64,000 nucleotides of DNA. It comes from Paraphysomonas bandaiensis (lineage: Eukaryota; Protista; Chrysophyceae). Of the stretch, positions 63,501-64,000 are shown in pieces. The notes beneath the pieces were generated by a model. The model was not told the origin of the DNA. It searched no databases and saw nothing but the letters and a program-made list of their open reading frames with translations. How positions within the stretch are numbered: position 1 is the stretch's first letter; every line of letters starts with the position of its first letter. The stretch is taken from positions 287,013 through 351,012 of the forward strand of contig CBFFRP010000238.1 in the NCBI GenBank assembly GCA_965644295.1. Reading direction: 5' to 3'. The position numbers were made by a program, and so were the translations under genes.

Positions 63501-64000
63501 ACAGTCTCCTAAACTCCTTCTCCGCATCCTCATAATCTAGGATTTACGGGTCTTGCCTTCGGCTTGATCCTAGGAGGGCAAATTCTCAGCGAACTCGATG
63601 TTCAACGGATCCACTCCTTTTATACCTTCCCACCGCTCTGGAACAAATACCCTCTACTCCCTTAGTCCTCAATAACTCCAGCACCGGTGCGCTGCTGAGA
63701 ACTCTGGAGACACGTGCTCACCAAACATATCCTCGCTGAACTCGCTCAAAGCTTCCTCTCTAGTTTTTCCAAGAAAAATTCGAGGCAATCCATGAACTGC
63801 GAAGGGTCCGGAACATCCACCCTTTCAGGTGCTACCTCCCCATTACTGTCACCTGATGGCTGCAATAATTCTTCAACCGCATTCAACAACAAATCATCCT
63901 CGGTAACATCGTCCTCACGCCTTTTAACAAAACTTACTTCTGATTCAATTCGTTCAATAGTCCTTCCTTTAAGCTACAAATAGAAAATAATCCCATAGAT
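60529..64000 (-). mobile_element. Ty3/Gypsy pol with chromodomain (RT-RNase H-integrase-chromo), running off the window
   Basis: RIC.DY, DLTNAFHQI, TPWG, TDAS, EKE, TDH.NL, VADCLSR, HHCC zinc finger, D..D..E, GPF, chromo-like FKVEEIL..FKVKY. Open from about 63532 to 60529; frameshifts upstream. Confidence 0.96.

Noticed and set aside
1-64000. tRNA, rRNA, CRISPR or prokaryotic defence operons
   Set aside because: None seen; the window is intron-containing eukaryotic DNA.

Overview
Eukaryotic genomic DNA with short GT-AG introns (mostly 45-90 bp). The gene set (TOP6B, CDPK, RAB28, ELO, cAR-like GPCR) suggests a flagellated protist or alga, most plausibly a stramenopile; this is inference only. 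About 15 host genes are present: a membrane-anchored multicopper oxidase, an NXPE/PC-esterase-like protein, TOP6B, a PhyH dioxygenase, a 7TM receptor, a DUF1749 hydrolase, a RIC1-like protein, a CDPK, a fatty-acid elongase, a GT2, RAB28, PRP38, a group XII PLA2, a degenerate ABC protein and CK2 beta. Twelve of them form six head-to-head pairs, and two pairs have a long (GTAT)n array in the shared upstream region. The other gaps hold mobile DNA: three hAT elements with TIRs and exact 8-bp TSDs, about 10 copies of an unclassified ~550-bp TIR-less repeat (family A), a Copia 3' end with a related solo LTR, and a damaged Copia interrupted by a chromodomain Gypsy. The most unusual signals are: the Gypsy RT catalytic motif IFDN instead of YxDD, plus an extra domain after the chromodomain; a domain-like insert after the Copia integrase; family A; a fold-back enclosing four TTAGGG-type G-tracts; and a hairpin-led insertion with a ~16-bp duplication. 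All calls come from reading motifs by eye; no searches were run.
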